DNA from: a virus
Lineage: Duplodnaviria > Caudoviricetes
DNA length: 64,000 bases
Direction: 5' to 3' (one strand)
IMG/VR virus record: IMGVR_UViG_644736328_000002
Span: 1,355 to 65,354 of that record
The stretch's first letter is position 1, and each line of letters opens with the position of its first letter. A program made the translations under genes and the position numbers. The notes under the pieces are model-generated. The model made no database searches, had not been told where the DNA came from, and was given only the letters and a program-made list of their open reading frames with translations. Below, piece after piece: positions 9,134-17,420 of this stretch.

Positions 9134-12100
9134 ATGAAGATACCCGATCATGAACATGAATATTTGATACCTGTCGCGACGAGAGAAGAAATGATAGCAG
9201 GAACTTCTCAAGACAGCGTTGTTGTTCCGAAGCTTTTAGGGACGGCATCTTTGTATTCGTATGAAACCTTTGCGCCGTTAGAGCAGGTTGTTAATGCAAG
9301 GAAAGAAGCAGAAAAAGCCATGGCGCGTGCGAATGGCGCGCAACAAACAGCAGATCAAGCGAAAACTATAGCAGATAGTGTCAAGGAATTATCGGATGCA
9401 GCAGCGACGACGATAGCGCAAGCAGCAGGCACAGCAGCGAGTGCAGTTACTACAGCTTCTGAAGCCAAGACGAGAGCAGAGACAGCTTTAGAGCAGGCAA
9501 ATACGGCATTAACAACATCCAATGCCGCCAAGCAGACAGCAGAGATATCGAAAGCTTCTTCAGAAGATGCCAAGATGAAATCAGAAGCGGCAGAGAGGTT
9601 AGCGCAAGAAGCCAAGCGTATTGCGGAGGATACTAAAGGTGCAGCCGATAGAGTGACGACAGCGGTCACGGAAAGCTCTCAAAGAGTGACACAAGTTCAA
9701 GGCACAGTAGAGACAGCTTTGACAGAGGCAAGAGAAGCCAAGGCAACGGCAGGAGATGCAAAAACACTTTCCGAACAAACCAAGAGCGCTTTTGATGATG
9801 CCAAGCAGGTGATGGGTGAGGTGAAGAATGTTGCAGAAACGGCGGCAGCGAGCAGTGGGCAAGCTCTCACGACAGCGAAGGAAGCCAAGATGACAGCTGA
9901 GACAGCATCTTCGGTAGCCGGTGATGCAAAAGAAACGGCATTGAGAGCGTTGGCAGATGTCAATGACCTTAAACAATCGGTTGATCATGTCAAGAATACA
10001 GCTGAGGGAGCCAAAAGGACAGCAGAAGGAGTAGAACAGAAGGCTTTAACAATAGAAGACGTTGCTACACAAGCCAAGACTAAAGCCGGTGAAGCCAAAC
10101 AATTGGTTGAAGAAGTTAAGATGAGAGCGCATTCGGCAGAAACGTTAGCAAATAATGCAAAGCGGTTAGCGGATAGCGCAAAAGACACGGCGGTGGAAGC
10201 GAAAAATAAAGCAGAGGATGCTCATGTCCTTTCGCAAGACGCTAAGAGCACAGCAGAAACGGCAGAAGAGAAAGCCGCAAGAGCCGAAAAGAAGGCGGAT
10301 GATGCAACAGTCACAGCTTCAGAAGCCAAGACTATGGCGCAAGAGGCAAAACAGGCGTTAGAGACATCAACAGCTACCGAAGATGTTTCAGAAGCACTGT
10401 CTAAAGCCGCTGAAGCGAAGAAAGTAGCAGATCAGGCAGCAACGTTAGCTAATGAAAGTAAAACGACAGCTGTTGAGGCAAAAGGTTTAGTGGAGGAAGT
10501 AAAACAATCGGTAGCGACAGCGACAGAAACAGCAGAAGATGCGAAAAATACAGCAAGGAAAGCGACTGTAGATATTATTTCTATCAAGGCAAAAGCTTTG
10601 ACAGCAGAGAGCGTAGCTAACGAAGCCAAAGGAGCATCAGAAAGCGCTGTTAGGGTGGCGAATACAGCGAAGACCACAGCAGAAGAAGCCAAGAGTGCAG
10701 CGGATACAGCAACAGCGACGGCTCATCAAGCCCAACAGAGTGCAGAGGAGGCTACAAAATTAGCTTCTGAAGCGAAAGCGGTAGCAGAGTCTGCGGCGCG
10801 TTCAGGAGAGACGTCAGGGCAGGTTGATGCAGAAGCGTTGAAGGGTATAGCTACAGCAGCAAAGAGTAAAGCGGAAGCAGCAGAGAAGGTAGCAGAAGAA
10901 ACGAAAGGTGCTTTGGATGGTCTAAAACAATTAGCCAATAGTGCGAAGTCGACAGCGGACGAGGCAAAGAAGGTAGCTGATGGTGCACAAAAGAAGGCAT
11001 CACAGGTAGAGACAGTAGCGGGTGAAGCTGAAAAGATAGCGAAAGAAGCCAAACAGACAGCTGGTTATGCTAACCATGAGGCGGCACAAGCGCGCAGTGA
11101 GGTAGAAAAGGCAAAAAGTACAGCTCATGAAGGATGGAGTAATGCCAATAAAGCTCAGGAAGTAGCAGGTGACGCTAAGACTATAGCAAGTTTAGCGCGT
11201 ACGTACGCAGATGAAGCCAAGAAGATAGCGGAAAATTCAGGCAACACAGCTCATCAAGGGTGGAGTACAGCTAACAACGCGAAGGAAGTAGCCGATAACG
11301 CTAAGACTATAGCAAGTTTAGCAGAAAGAGCAGGCGAAGAAGCCAAGAAAATAGCAGAAGCAGCCAATTCACAATCCTATCAAGCTAAGGGCGAAGCCGA
11401 AAAAGCCAAGGAAATAGCTAATAGTGCAAAATATACAGCAGAACAAGCACAGAAAGCGGCAGAAGCGGCGGGTAAAAAGGCAGCGTCTTTAGCATCATCT
11501 TTAGAAGACAAGCTAGAAGAGACAGAAAAAACAGCGAAGGAAGCCAAACAGAAAGCTGTTTATGCCGAAAATGATGCGAGGCAAGCTCGTAGTGAGGCAG
11601 AATCTGCGAAAAATATAGCTTATAATGCTAGTAGTACAGCTAACAACGCGAAGGAAGTGGCAGATAATGCTAAGACTAGAGCAAGTTTAGCAGAAATGGC
11701 AGGTGAAGAAGCCAAGAAAATAGCGGAGAAAGCCGATAACCGCGCGTATGAAGCTAAAGGTGAAGTAGGGAAAGCCAAGGAATTAGCGGAGAGTGCGAAG
11801 TCCATAGCCCAATCTGCGGAGAGAGCGGCTGAAGAAGCTAAGAAAAAAGCCAATACAGCATGGTCAAAGGCGGATGGAGCGAATGATGCGGTAAAGGCTA
11901 TAAAAGATACAGCAGGTTATGCAAAACATGAAGCAGGACAGGCGCGGTCAATAGCAGAAAATGCAGAGAAAATAGCCTCGTCTGCGAGGAGTAGGGTTAT
12001 CGATATCAATCAAGTGGTTGAGAATTTTAAAGCCCCCGTAAGTTTAGCGCGGATGTATTCAGACGAAGCCAAGAAAAAAGCCGAAGCAGCAGATTCAAAA

Positions 12101-13246
12101 GCTTATCAAGCCAAGAGCGAAGCTGATAAAGCCAAGGAAACCGCTGATAGAGCGAAAAGAACAGCAGAAGAAGCCAAAACAACCGCCGATACAATGAAGA
12201 AAGAGCTTAGTGGTATCAAGAGTTCTCTGGAAACAGCGACAACAGCTCATACAGTAGCCTCACAGGCAAAAGTGCTAGGGGAAGAGATAAACAATTTACT
12301 GAAACAGTCCAATTTAACGGTTCTTTCAATTTCTACGCCGTTTCTTGTTGCGACAGGGAAAAAACAACTCACCTTGAAGAAAGGAACGCGTATAACCTTG
12401 GCATTAGGCAATGATACTTTGGTTGCAAGTTATACGGCAGATACAAGAATAAGCGTTCCTTCTCTTTCGGCAGGCAAGGATTATTATGTTTATCTGGTTT
12501 CTGATGGAAAACAGTCTCATAAACTTGTTTTGTCAGAAAACTCTACCTATCCAAGGGATTACACAGTGAGTAATTCTCGTAAGATAGGAGGGTTTCATAC
12601 GCTCTGTGCGGATGTTGGTACGATTTCTGGTCATCCCTTATCCGGTTATCAAGCAGGGGATATATTGCCGCACTCTGTTTGGTGTTTGAATCACCGCCCG
12701 CATAGTTCCCCAGAGGGCATGGTTTACGACTCGTCACAAGATATTTGGGTTGATATTTATCTTCAGTCAGGGACGGGTCACAATACCCGCTCTGCGTATA
12801 ATGTTCCTATTACGACGAACCGTCTACAAATAGATCATATATCCGATATGCTGCGTGTTAAGAAGGCTTTGCTCAATAATACAGAATTTACCTCTGCGAT
12901 GTATGGAAGCAATGAAGGTGGTGGGATTCAAGGCAAAAAAGCACCTTCACCGAAACATTCTGGAGGTCATAAGAATACGGCAAATATACGGATGATTTCG
13001 CATATCGGTTGTGAAGATGGTTGCGGTTATGTTTGGCAATTTGTGAGAGATGTGTGTTTCATGCAAACAGTAACTGGAACCTCACCAAATGTACAGTTTA
13101 AAAAAGATATGTATGCATTGTTGGCTGGTGGAGACTGGTCAGATACTACGAATATCACTCCACATCTACGTGCAGTCATTATACGGAATGCTATTTATGA
13201 ATCGGCTAGCGCCCGTGGCTGTAGTCATCCACGGCATTTTGTTTAG
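9134..13246 (+). CDS. Long tail fibre: Ala/Lys/Glu-rich coiled-coil stalk plus C-terminal Mtd-like (C-type lectin fold) receptor-binding domain
   Basis: About 1000 aa of AEEAK-type repeats, then motifs YTADT..SVPSLSAGKDY, RKIGGFH, SVW..NHRP..SPEGM, WVDIYL, GYVWQF, ALLAGGDW...SARG matching BPP-1 Mtd as recalled. Confidence 0.8.
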   Translation: MKIPDHEHEYLIPVATREEMIAGTSQDSVVVPKLLGTASLYSYETFAPLEQVVNARKEAEKAMARANGAQQTADQAKTIADSVKELSDAAATTIAQAAGTAASAVTTASEAKTRAETALEQANTALTTSNAAKQTAEISKASSEDAKMKSEAAERLAQEAKRIAEDTKGAADRVTTAVTESSQRVTQVQGTVETALTEAREAKATAGDAKTLSEQTKSAFDDAKQVMGEVKNVAETAAASSGQALTTAKEAKMTAETASSVAGDAKETALRALADVNDLKQSVDHVKNTAEGAKRTAEGVEQKALTIEDVATQAKTKAGEAKQLVEEVKMRAHSAETLANNAKRLADSAKDTAVEAKNKAEDAHVLSQDAKSTAETAEEKAARAEKKADDATVTASEAKTMAQEAKQALETSTATEDVSEALSKAAEAKKVADQAATLANESKTTAVEAKGLVEEVKQSVATATETAEDAKNTARKATVDIISIKAKALTAESVANEAKGASESAVRVANTAKTTAEEAKSAADTATATAHQAQQSAEEATKLASEAKAVAESAARSGETSGQVDAEALKGIATAAKSKAEAAEKVAEETKGALDGLKQLANSAKSTADEAKKVADGAQKKASQVETVAGEAEKIAKEAKQTAGYANHEAAQARSEVEKAKSTAHEGWSNANKAQEVAGDAKTIASLARTYADEAKKIAENSGNTAHQGWSTANNAKEVADNAKTIASLAERAGEEAKKIAEAANSQSYQAKGEAEKAKEIANSAKYTAEQAQKAAEAAGKKAASLASSLEDKLEETEKTAKEAKQKAVYAENDARQARSEAESAKNIAYNASSTANNAKEVADNAKTRASLAEMAGEEAKKIAEKADNRAYEAKGEVGKAKELAESAKSIAQSAERAAEEAKKKANTAWSKADGANDAVKAIKDTAGYAKHEAGQARSIAENAEKIASSARSRVIDINQVVENFKAPVSLARMYSDEAKKKAEAADSKAYQAKSEADKAKETADRAKRTAEEAKTTADTMKKELSGIKSSLETATTAHTVASQAKVLGEEINNLLKQSNLTVLSISTPFLVATGKKQLTLKKGTRITLALGNDTLVASYTADTRISVPSLSAGKDYYVYLVSDGKQSHKLVLSENSTYPRDYTVSNSRKIGGFHTLCADVGTISGHPLSGYQAGDILPHSVWCLNHRPHSSPEGMVYDSSQDIWVDIYLQSGTGHNTRSAYNVPITTNRLQIDHISDMLRVKKALLNNTEFTSAMYGSNEGGGIQGKKAPSPKHSGGHKNTANIRMISHIGCEDGCGYVWQFVRDVCFMQTVTGTSPNVQFKKDMYALLAGGDWSDTTNITPHLRAVIIRNAIYESASARGCSHPRHFV
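11264..11725 (+). repeat. Internal repeat with 369-nt (123-aa) period in the fibre stalk
   Basis: agtacagctaacaacgcgaaggaagt...gcaagtttagcagaaa...gaagaagccaagaaaatagc at 11264 and 11633. Confidence 0.85.
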
Positions 13247-13255
13247 GAGGGGTAG

Positions 13256-13585
13256 ATGATAGATTATCCAGAACATTTAAATAGCAAGCAAGATTATCTG
13301 AACATGCTTTCTTTTGACAAAGTTGAAACAGTAAGAAGGCTAGAGATGCTTTTGACAACGCGTTTTTATTGGTTTTTTGTCAAAGAACTCAGTGAAGGGG
13401 AAGAGGGGGTAGAAGATGATACGCATAAGGTTTGTCGAACAACAGAAATACCGTTTGATTTAAATGGTGATTTTGTAGAAAAGCGTTGTCAGTATGAATT
13501 ACAGGAAAGCGAATATGCACCGCTCTTTCAACTTGGCTTTCGTGTTGAAGAAGTCGAACAGTTGATCAAAGAGCATAGTCAATAG
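13256..13585 (+). CDS. Small acidic protein downstream of the fibre (possible fibre chaperone)
   Basis: 109-aa ORF with RBS aggagg; position only. Confidence 0.55.
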   Translation: MIDYPEHLNSKQDYLNMLSFDKVETVRRLEMLLTTRFYWFFVKELSEGEEGVEDDTHKVCRTTEIPFDLNGDFVEKRCQYELQESEYAPLFQLGFRVEEVEQLIKEHSQ

Positions 13586-13611
13586 AGATCATAAGAAAAC
13601 ATTTTTATGCC

Positions 13612-13636
13612 GCCTCACTTTTGTGGGGCTTTTTTT
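13612..13636 (+). terminator. Rho-independent terminator immediately upstream of the lysozyme RBS
   Basis: gcctcac-tttt-gtggggc followed by T7. Confidence 0.75.
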
Positions 13637-13648
13637 ATGGAGCGTCAG

Positions 13649-14311
13649 ATGAGAAAGATATCGAAAGAAGGATTAGAACTTATCAAACAATGGGAAGGAT
13701 TGCGTTTAGAGGCTTATAGAGATACGGCATGTGTTTGGACGATTGGTTATGGTCACACCAGCAATGCGGGTCACCCCCTTGTCAAAAAAGGCATGTGTAT
13801 TAACAAAGAGCAAGCGGAAAAAATTCTTTGTGAGGACTTAAAGCAATTTGAGAAGACGGTAGAGGAATCGGTCACAGTTTCGTTAACGGATTGCCAATTC
13901 GCGGCATTAGTCTCGTTTTGCTATAATGTAGGAACAGCTGCTTTTCGCAAGTCAACATTGTTGAAGAAGCTTAATCAAGGCGATTATGAAGCCGTACCTG
14001 TTGAATTACAGAAATGGAATAAGGTGGGTGGGAAGCCTCTTGCGGGTTTAGCCAACCGTCGAGCAGCAGAAGCGGGATTATGGGCAAAAGGGGCTTATGT
14101 TTCTTCGAATTATCAAAGGGTAGAAACGAAAACGGCAACCGGACTTCTTAAAATAGAAGCACTTGCCCCGATTATAGGGTCTTGTTCTGGTTTTGGTGGC
14201 TTGTTAGCAGGCAATGGACCAGTGCAATGGGCATTAGCAGGCATCATGGTTTTAGCGGCTGTAACGGGCATAGTGATTGTCGCCAAGCGGTTTCGGGAGC
14301 AACGCTTATGA
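13649..14311 (+). CDS. Phage lysozyme (GH24) with C-terminal hydrophobic membrane segment
   Basis: E-x8-D-x5-T triad (WEGLRLEAYRDTACVWTIGYG), GL..RR..E motif; ATG 13649 follows GGAG. Confidence 0.92.
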   Translation: MRKISKEGLELIKQWEGLRLEAYRDTACVWTIGYGHTSNAGHPLVKKGMCINKEQAEKILCEDLKQFEKTVEESVTVSLTDCQFAALVSFCYNVGTAAFRKSTLLKKLNQGDYEAVPVELQKWNKVGGKPLAGLANRRAAEAGLWAKGAYVSSNYQRVETKTATGLLKIEALAPIIGSCSGFGGLLAGNGPVQWALAGIMVLAAVTGIVIVAKRFREQRL

Positions 14312-14535
14312 TTTTTTGGCTAAAGAAATATTCTCTTATGTTTACAGCGGCTTTAGCCGTTTTTTTTATGGCTTTAGCCAAGGCGTTTCACCTTGGCAAG
14401 CAAAGCGAACGGCAAAAGCAAACAGAGAATGCTTTAAAGACAGCAACAACGCGGCTTGAGGTAGAAAATGAAGTTAATCAAAAAAGTGATGCTGGTGTGC
14501 GCTCTGAACTTTCTCGTTGGGTGCGCGGCAAATAG
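14308..14535 (+). CDS. Putative i-spanin (Rz-like), copy 1
   Basis: N-terminal TM segment plus coiled coil; ATGA overlap with lysozyme stop. Confidence 0.6.
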   Translation: MIFWLKKYSLMFTAALAVFFMALAKAFHLGKQSERQKQTENALKTATTRLEVENEVNQKSDAGVRSELSRWVRGK

Positions 14536-14692
14536 GTCTGTTTCTTGTGGTGGCTGGTTGCCCATTTATTTGGATAACAAGGATGTTGCGGTCATCAGTT
14601 CCAACCTTGCAAGAGATATTTTGAAGCATAACAAGCAGGGAGCCCATTTATGTGGTTGGAAAGATGGTCAAGAAACGAAGCAGCAAAGATAA
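14468..14692 (+). CDS. Putative o-spanin lipoprotein (Rz1-like), copy 1
   Basis: Signal peptide with lipobox FLVGC; overlaps the 3' end of the i-spanin-like gene. Confidence 0.65.
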   Translation: MKLIKKVMLVCALNFLVGCAANRSVSCGGWLPIYLDNKDVAVISSNLARDILKHNKQGAHLCGWKDGQETKQQR

Positions 14693-14882
14693 AGATCTTA
14701 CAGAAAAAGAACAACAACTCCTTCACGAGATGATAGAGACCTATCAAGGCTTAAAGATGATGTCACGCCTCATGAAATTGATAGCCTTTATTGTCTTTAT
14801 GTTTGTAATAGATTTTTCCCGTTTTGTGGACGCCGTAGAGAATAGCTTCTCACACCTCAAAAAGTGGATAACAAAAAGTTAA
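14652..14882 (+). CDS. Small single-TM lysis-cassette protein (possible holin), copy 1
   Basis: Charged N-terminus and one hydrophobic helix LIAFIVFMFVIDF; homologue in the second lysis cassette. Confidence 0.5.
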   Translation: MVGKMVKKRSSKDKDLTEKEQQLLHEMIETYQGLKMMSRLMKLIAFIVFMFVIDFSRFVDAVENSFSHLKKWITKS

Positions 14883-14906
14883 ATATCAAATCTCTCCTTT
14901 AAAAAT

Positions 14907-15722
14907 ATGATGACACAAGAATTCACACAAACATTGTTTGCGTGGATGGGTGGTAAACACTATCTACGTAAGAAAATTATACCGATTTTAAATAGCATTG
15001 ACCATGAAACCTATGTTGAACCATTTTTAGGCTCTGGTGTTATTTTCCTCAATAAAAGACCAGCAAAATATTCCGTGATTAATGATTTGAATGGAGAGAT
15101 CACGAATCTGTTTCAATGTGTTCAAAATGACTTTGATGATTTAGCCAAACGACTAGAATGGTTTGTTTGTTCAAGACAGTTGTTTTTTGAACTTGCGGCT
15201 ATTGAACCAGAGAGCCTCTCCAAAGTTGAAAGAGCCGCACGTTTTTTGTTTCTCCAACGTTGTGTGATGTATGGGCAAAAAGATTATGTTTCTTTTAGAT
15301 TTGGAAGAAAAAGAACGGCAGAGTTTAATCCCGATAAGCTGTTATCAAGGATGCGGCGTGTTAGACAGAAGCTTCTTGATACGACAATCTTAAATTTGTC
15401 GTGGGAGCAGGTTGTCGAACTTTTTGATGCACCCGACAGTTTATTTTACCTAGACCCGCCTTATCTTGTAAAGAAGAAGTGTTATAGTTCTGGAAATTTT
15501 GTTGAAGATGATTTTGTGAACATGGCAAAAGTTCTCAAAGGAATCCAAGGTAAATTTGTCTTGAGTCTGAATGATTGTGATGCGGTTCGAGAGATTTTTA
15601 GGGATTTTGACTTTTTAGCAGGCAATGGACCAGTGCAATGGGCATTAGCAGGCATCATGGTTTTAGCGGCTGTAACGGGCATAGTGATTGTCGCCAAGCG
15701 GTTTCGGGAGCAACGCTTATGA
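14907..15722 (+). CDS. Chimeric Dam-like adenine MTase fused in frame to the lysozyme C-terminal membrane tail
   Basis: WMGGK, YVEPFLGSG and DPPY motifs, then LAGNGPVQWALAGIMVLAAVTGIVIVAKRFREQRL after the duplication junction. Confidence 0.85.
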   Translation: MMTQEFTQTLFAWMGGKHYLRKKIIPILNSIDHETYVEPFLGSGVIFLNKRPAKYSVINDLNGEITNLFQCVQNDFDDLAKRLEWFVCSRQLFFELAAIEPESLSKVERAARFLFLQRCVMYGQKDYVSFRFGRKRTAEFNPDKLLSRMRRVRQKLLDTTILNLSWEQVVELFDAPDSLFYLDPPYLVKKKCYSSGNFVEDDFVNMAKVLKGIQGKFVLSLNDCDAVREIFRDFDFLAGNGPVQWALAGIMVLAAVTGIVIVAKRFREQRL

Positions 15723-15946
15723 TTTTTTGGCTAAAGAAATATTCTCTTATGTTTACAGCGGCTTTAGCCGTTTTTTTTATGGCTTTAGCCAAGGCGTTTC
15801 ACCTTGGCAAGCAAAGCGAACGGCAAAAGCAAACAGAGAATGCTTTAAAGACAGCAACAACGCGGCTTGAGGTAGAAAATGAAGTTAATCAAAAAAGTGA
15901 TGCTGGTGTGCGCTCTGAACTTTCTCGTTGGGTGCGCGGCAAATAG
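15719..15946 (+). CDS. Putative i-spanin, copy 2
   Basis: Identical translation to 14308-14535. Confidence 0.6.
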   Translation: MIFWLKKYSLMFTAALAVFFMALAKAFHLGKQSERQKQTENALKTATTRLEVENEVNQKSDAGVRSELSRWVRGK

Positions 15947-16103
15947 GTCTGTTTCTTGTGGTGGCTGGTTGCCCATTTATTTGGATAACAAGGATGTTGC
16001 GGTCATCAGTTCCAACCTTGCAAGAGATATTTTGAAGCATAACAAGCAGGGAGCCCATTTATGTGGTTGGAAAGATGGTCAAGAAACGAAGCAGCAAAGA
16101 TAA
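15879..16103 (+). CDS. Putative o-spanin lipoprotein, copy 2
   Basis: Identical translation to 14468-14692. Confidence 0.65.
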   Translation: MKLIKKVMLVCALNFLVGCAANRSVSCGGWLPIYLDNKDVAVISSNLARDILKHNKQGAHLCGWKDGQETKQQR

Positions 16104-16293
16104 AGATCTTACAGAAAAAGAACAACAACTCCTTCACGAGATGATAGAGACCTATCAAGGCTTAAAGATGATGTCACGCCTCATGAAATTGATAGCCTTT
16201 ATTGTCTTTATGTTTGTAATAGATTTTTCCCGTTTTGTGGACGCCGTAGAGAATAGCTTCTCACACCTCAAAAAGTGGATAACAAAAAGTTAA
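16063..16293 (+). CDS. Small single-TM lysis protein, copy 2
   Basis: Identical translation to 14652-14882. Confidence 0.5.
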   Translation: MVGKMVKKRSSKDKDLTEKEQQLLHEMIETYQGLKMMSRLMKLIAFIVFMFVIDFSRFVDAVENSFSHLKKWITKS

Positions 16294-16317
16294 ATATCAA
16301 ATCTCTCCTTTAAAAAT

Positions 16318-17103
16318 ATGATGACACAAGAATTCACACAAACATTGTTTGCGTGGATGGGTGGTAAACACTATCTACGTAAGAAAATTATACCGATTTT
16401 AAATAGCATTGACCATGAAACCTATGTTGAACCATTTTTAGGCTCTGGTGTTATTTTCCTCAATAAAAGACCAGCAAAATATTCCGTGATTAATGATTTG
16501 AATGGAGAGATCACGAATCTGTTTCAATGTGTTCAAAATGACTTTGATGATTTAGCCAAACGACTAGAATGGTTTGTTTGTTCAAGACAGTTGTTTTTTG
16601 AACTTGCGGCTATTGAACCAGAGAGCCTCTCCAAAGTTGAAAGAGCCGCACGTTTTTTGTTTCTCCAACGTTGTGTGATGTATGGGCAAAAAGATTATGT
16701 TTCTTTTAGATTTGGAAGAAAAAGAACGGCAGAGTTTAATCCCGATAAGCTGTTATCAAGGATGCGGCGTGTTAGACAGAAGCTTCTTGATACGACAATC
16801 TTAAATTTGTCGTGGGAGCAGGTTGTCGAACTTTTTGATGCACCCGACAGTTTATTTTACCTAGACCCGCCTTATCTTGTAAAGAAGAAGTGTTATAGTT
16901 CTGGAAATTTTGTTGAAGATGATTTTGTGAACATGGCAAAAGTTCTCAAAGGAATCCAAGGTAAATTTGTCTTGAGTCTGAATGATTGTGATGCGGTTCG
17001 AGAGATTTTTAGGGATTTTGACTTTTTAGAATTAGAGACCCTTTGGGCAGCAGGTACGGCTAAAAAAATACCCCAAAAAGAACTCTTGATTCGCAATAAT
17101 TAG
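16318..17103 (+). CDS. Dam-like (D12 class) N6-adenine DNA methyltransferase, native C-terminus
   Basis: GGK, EPFLGSG and DPPY motifs and native C-terminal 'ELLIRN'. Confidence 0.9.
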   Translation: MMTQEFTQTLFAWMGGKHYLRKKIIPILNSIDHETYVEPFLGSGVIFLNKRPAKYSVINDLNGEITNLFQCVQNDFDDLAKRLEWFVCSRQLFFELAAIEPESLSKVERAARFLFLQRCVMYGQKDYVSFRFGRKRTAEFNPDKLLSRMRRVRQKLLDTTILNLSWEQVVELFDAPDSLFYLDPPYLVKKKCYSSGNFVEDDFVNMAKVLKGIQGKFVLSLNDCDAVREIFRDFDFLELETLWAAGTAKKIPQKELLIRNN

Positions 17104-17126
17104 AGAGACGTGTTGCAAAATCCTAT

Positions 17127-17186
17127 TCCCTCACTTTTATTTACGTATCCCTCACTTAAAAAAACATATGGAAAATCAATAAATTA
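17127..17186 (+). promoter_or_regulatory. Candidate left att arm: TCCCTCACTT x2 and an IHF consensus
   Basis: tccctcactt at 17127 and 17148 (21-bp spacing); aatcaa-taaa-tta at 17174-17186 fits WATCAANNNNTTR. Confidence 0.55.
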
Positions 17187-17205
17187 TTTTTGATAAAAAA
17201 AAGCA

Positions 17206-17221
17206 TGGTGCCCAAAAGAGG
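17206..17221 (-). other. att core resembling a tRNA 3' end (probably tRNA-Leu)
   Basis: Minus strand reads CCTCTTTTGGGCACCA, CCA-terminated and like alphaproteobacterial tRNA-Leu 3' ends as recalled; 200 bp upstream of the integrase; rest of the tRNA is absent. Confidence 0.75.
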
Positions 17222-17346
17222 CGAATCAGGCTTTAGCAACAAGAATCAAGTTGTATCAAGGTGTGCAAGAGCATATTGATGCCTCTAGCTTTTTATGATT
17301 CAATAAAAAAAGTAAGTATTAAAGAAAAAATCTCAAATCAGAAATT

Positions 17347-17405
17347 AAAGGTGGTCTAAAAGGTGGACCCAAAAAGGTGGACGAGCAATGCTTGAAAAGG
17401 TGGAC
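17347..17405 (+). promoter_or_regulatory. Candidate integrase arm-type binding sites (AAAGGTGG[A/T]C x4)
   Basis: Direct repeats at 17347, 17359, 17373 and 17396, between the att core and the int start. Confidence 0.7.
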
Positions 17406-17420
17406 GAGAGGGGACGTTAA

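Larger units (their letters stand above)
14204..17029 (+). repeat. 1411-bp direct tandem duplication (14204-15614 and 15615-17025) bounded by TTAG microhomology
   Basis: Paired ORFs are offset by exactly 1411 bp with identical translations; TTAG at 14204, 15615 and 17026. Confidence 0.95.
1..17221 (+). mobile_element. Distal part of a podovirus-like prophage or Bartonella GTA (BaGTA)-related structural cluster
   Basis: Co-oriented run of ejection-like proteins, SLT, three tail-collar genes, long fibre, lysozyme/spanin cassette and Dam-like MTase; no tape measure or sheath in this part; ends at an att-like core. Confidence 0.75.

Noticed and set aside
9355-11853. Several minus-strand Ala/Ser-rich ORFs
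   Set aside because: Antisense shadows of the repetitive fibre gene
9134-12300. Periodic repeats as a CRISPR array or satellite
   Set aside because: Repeats are in frame, degenerate at third positions and encode an Ala-rich coiled coil; no constant repeat with unique spacers
13110-13600. Complete diversity-generating retroelement
   Set aside because: No reverse transcriptase, no Avd-like gene and no template repeat noticed in the window; no hairpin after the putative VR
17206-17221. Intact tRNA gene
   Set aside because: Only the last 16 nt match; the adjacent sequence does not form T-arm, anticodon or D-arm
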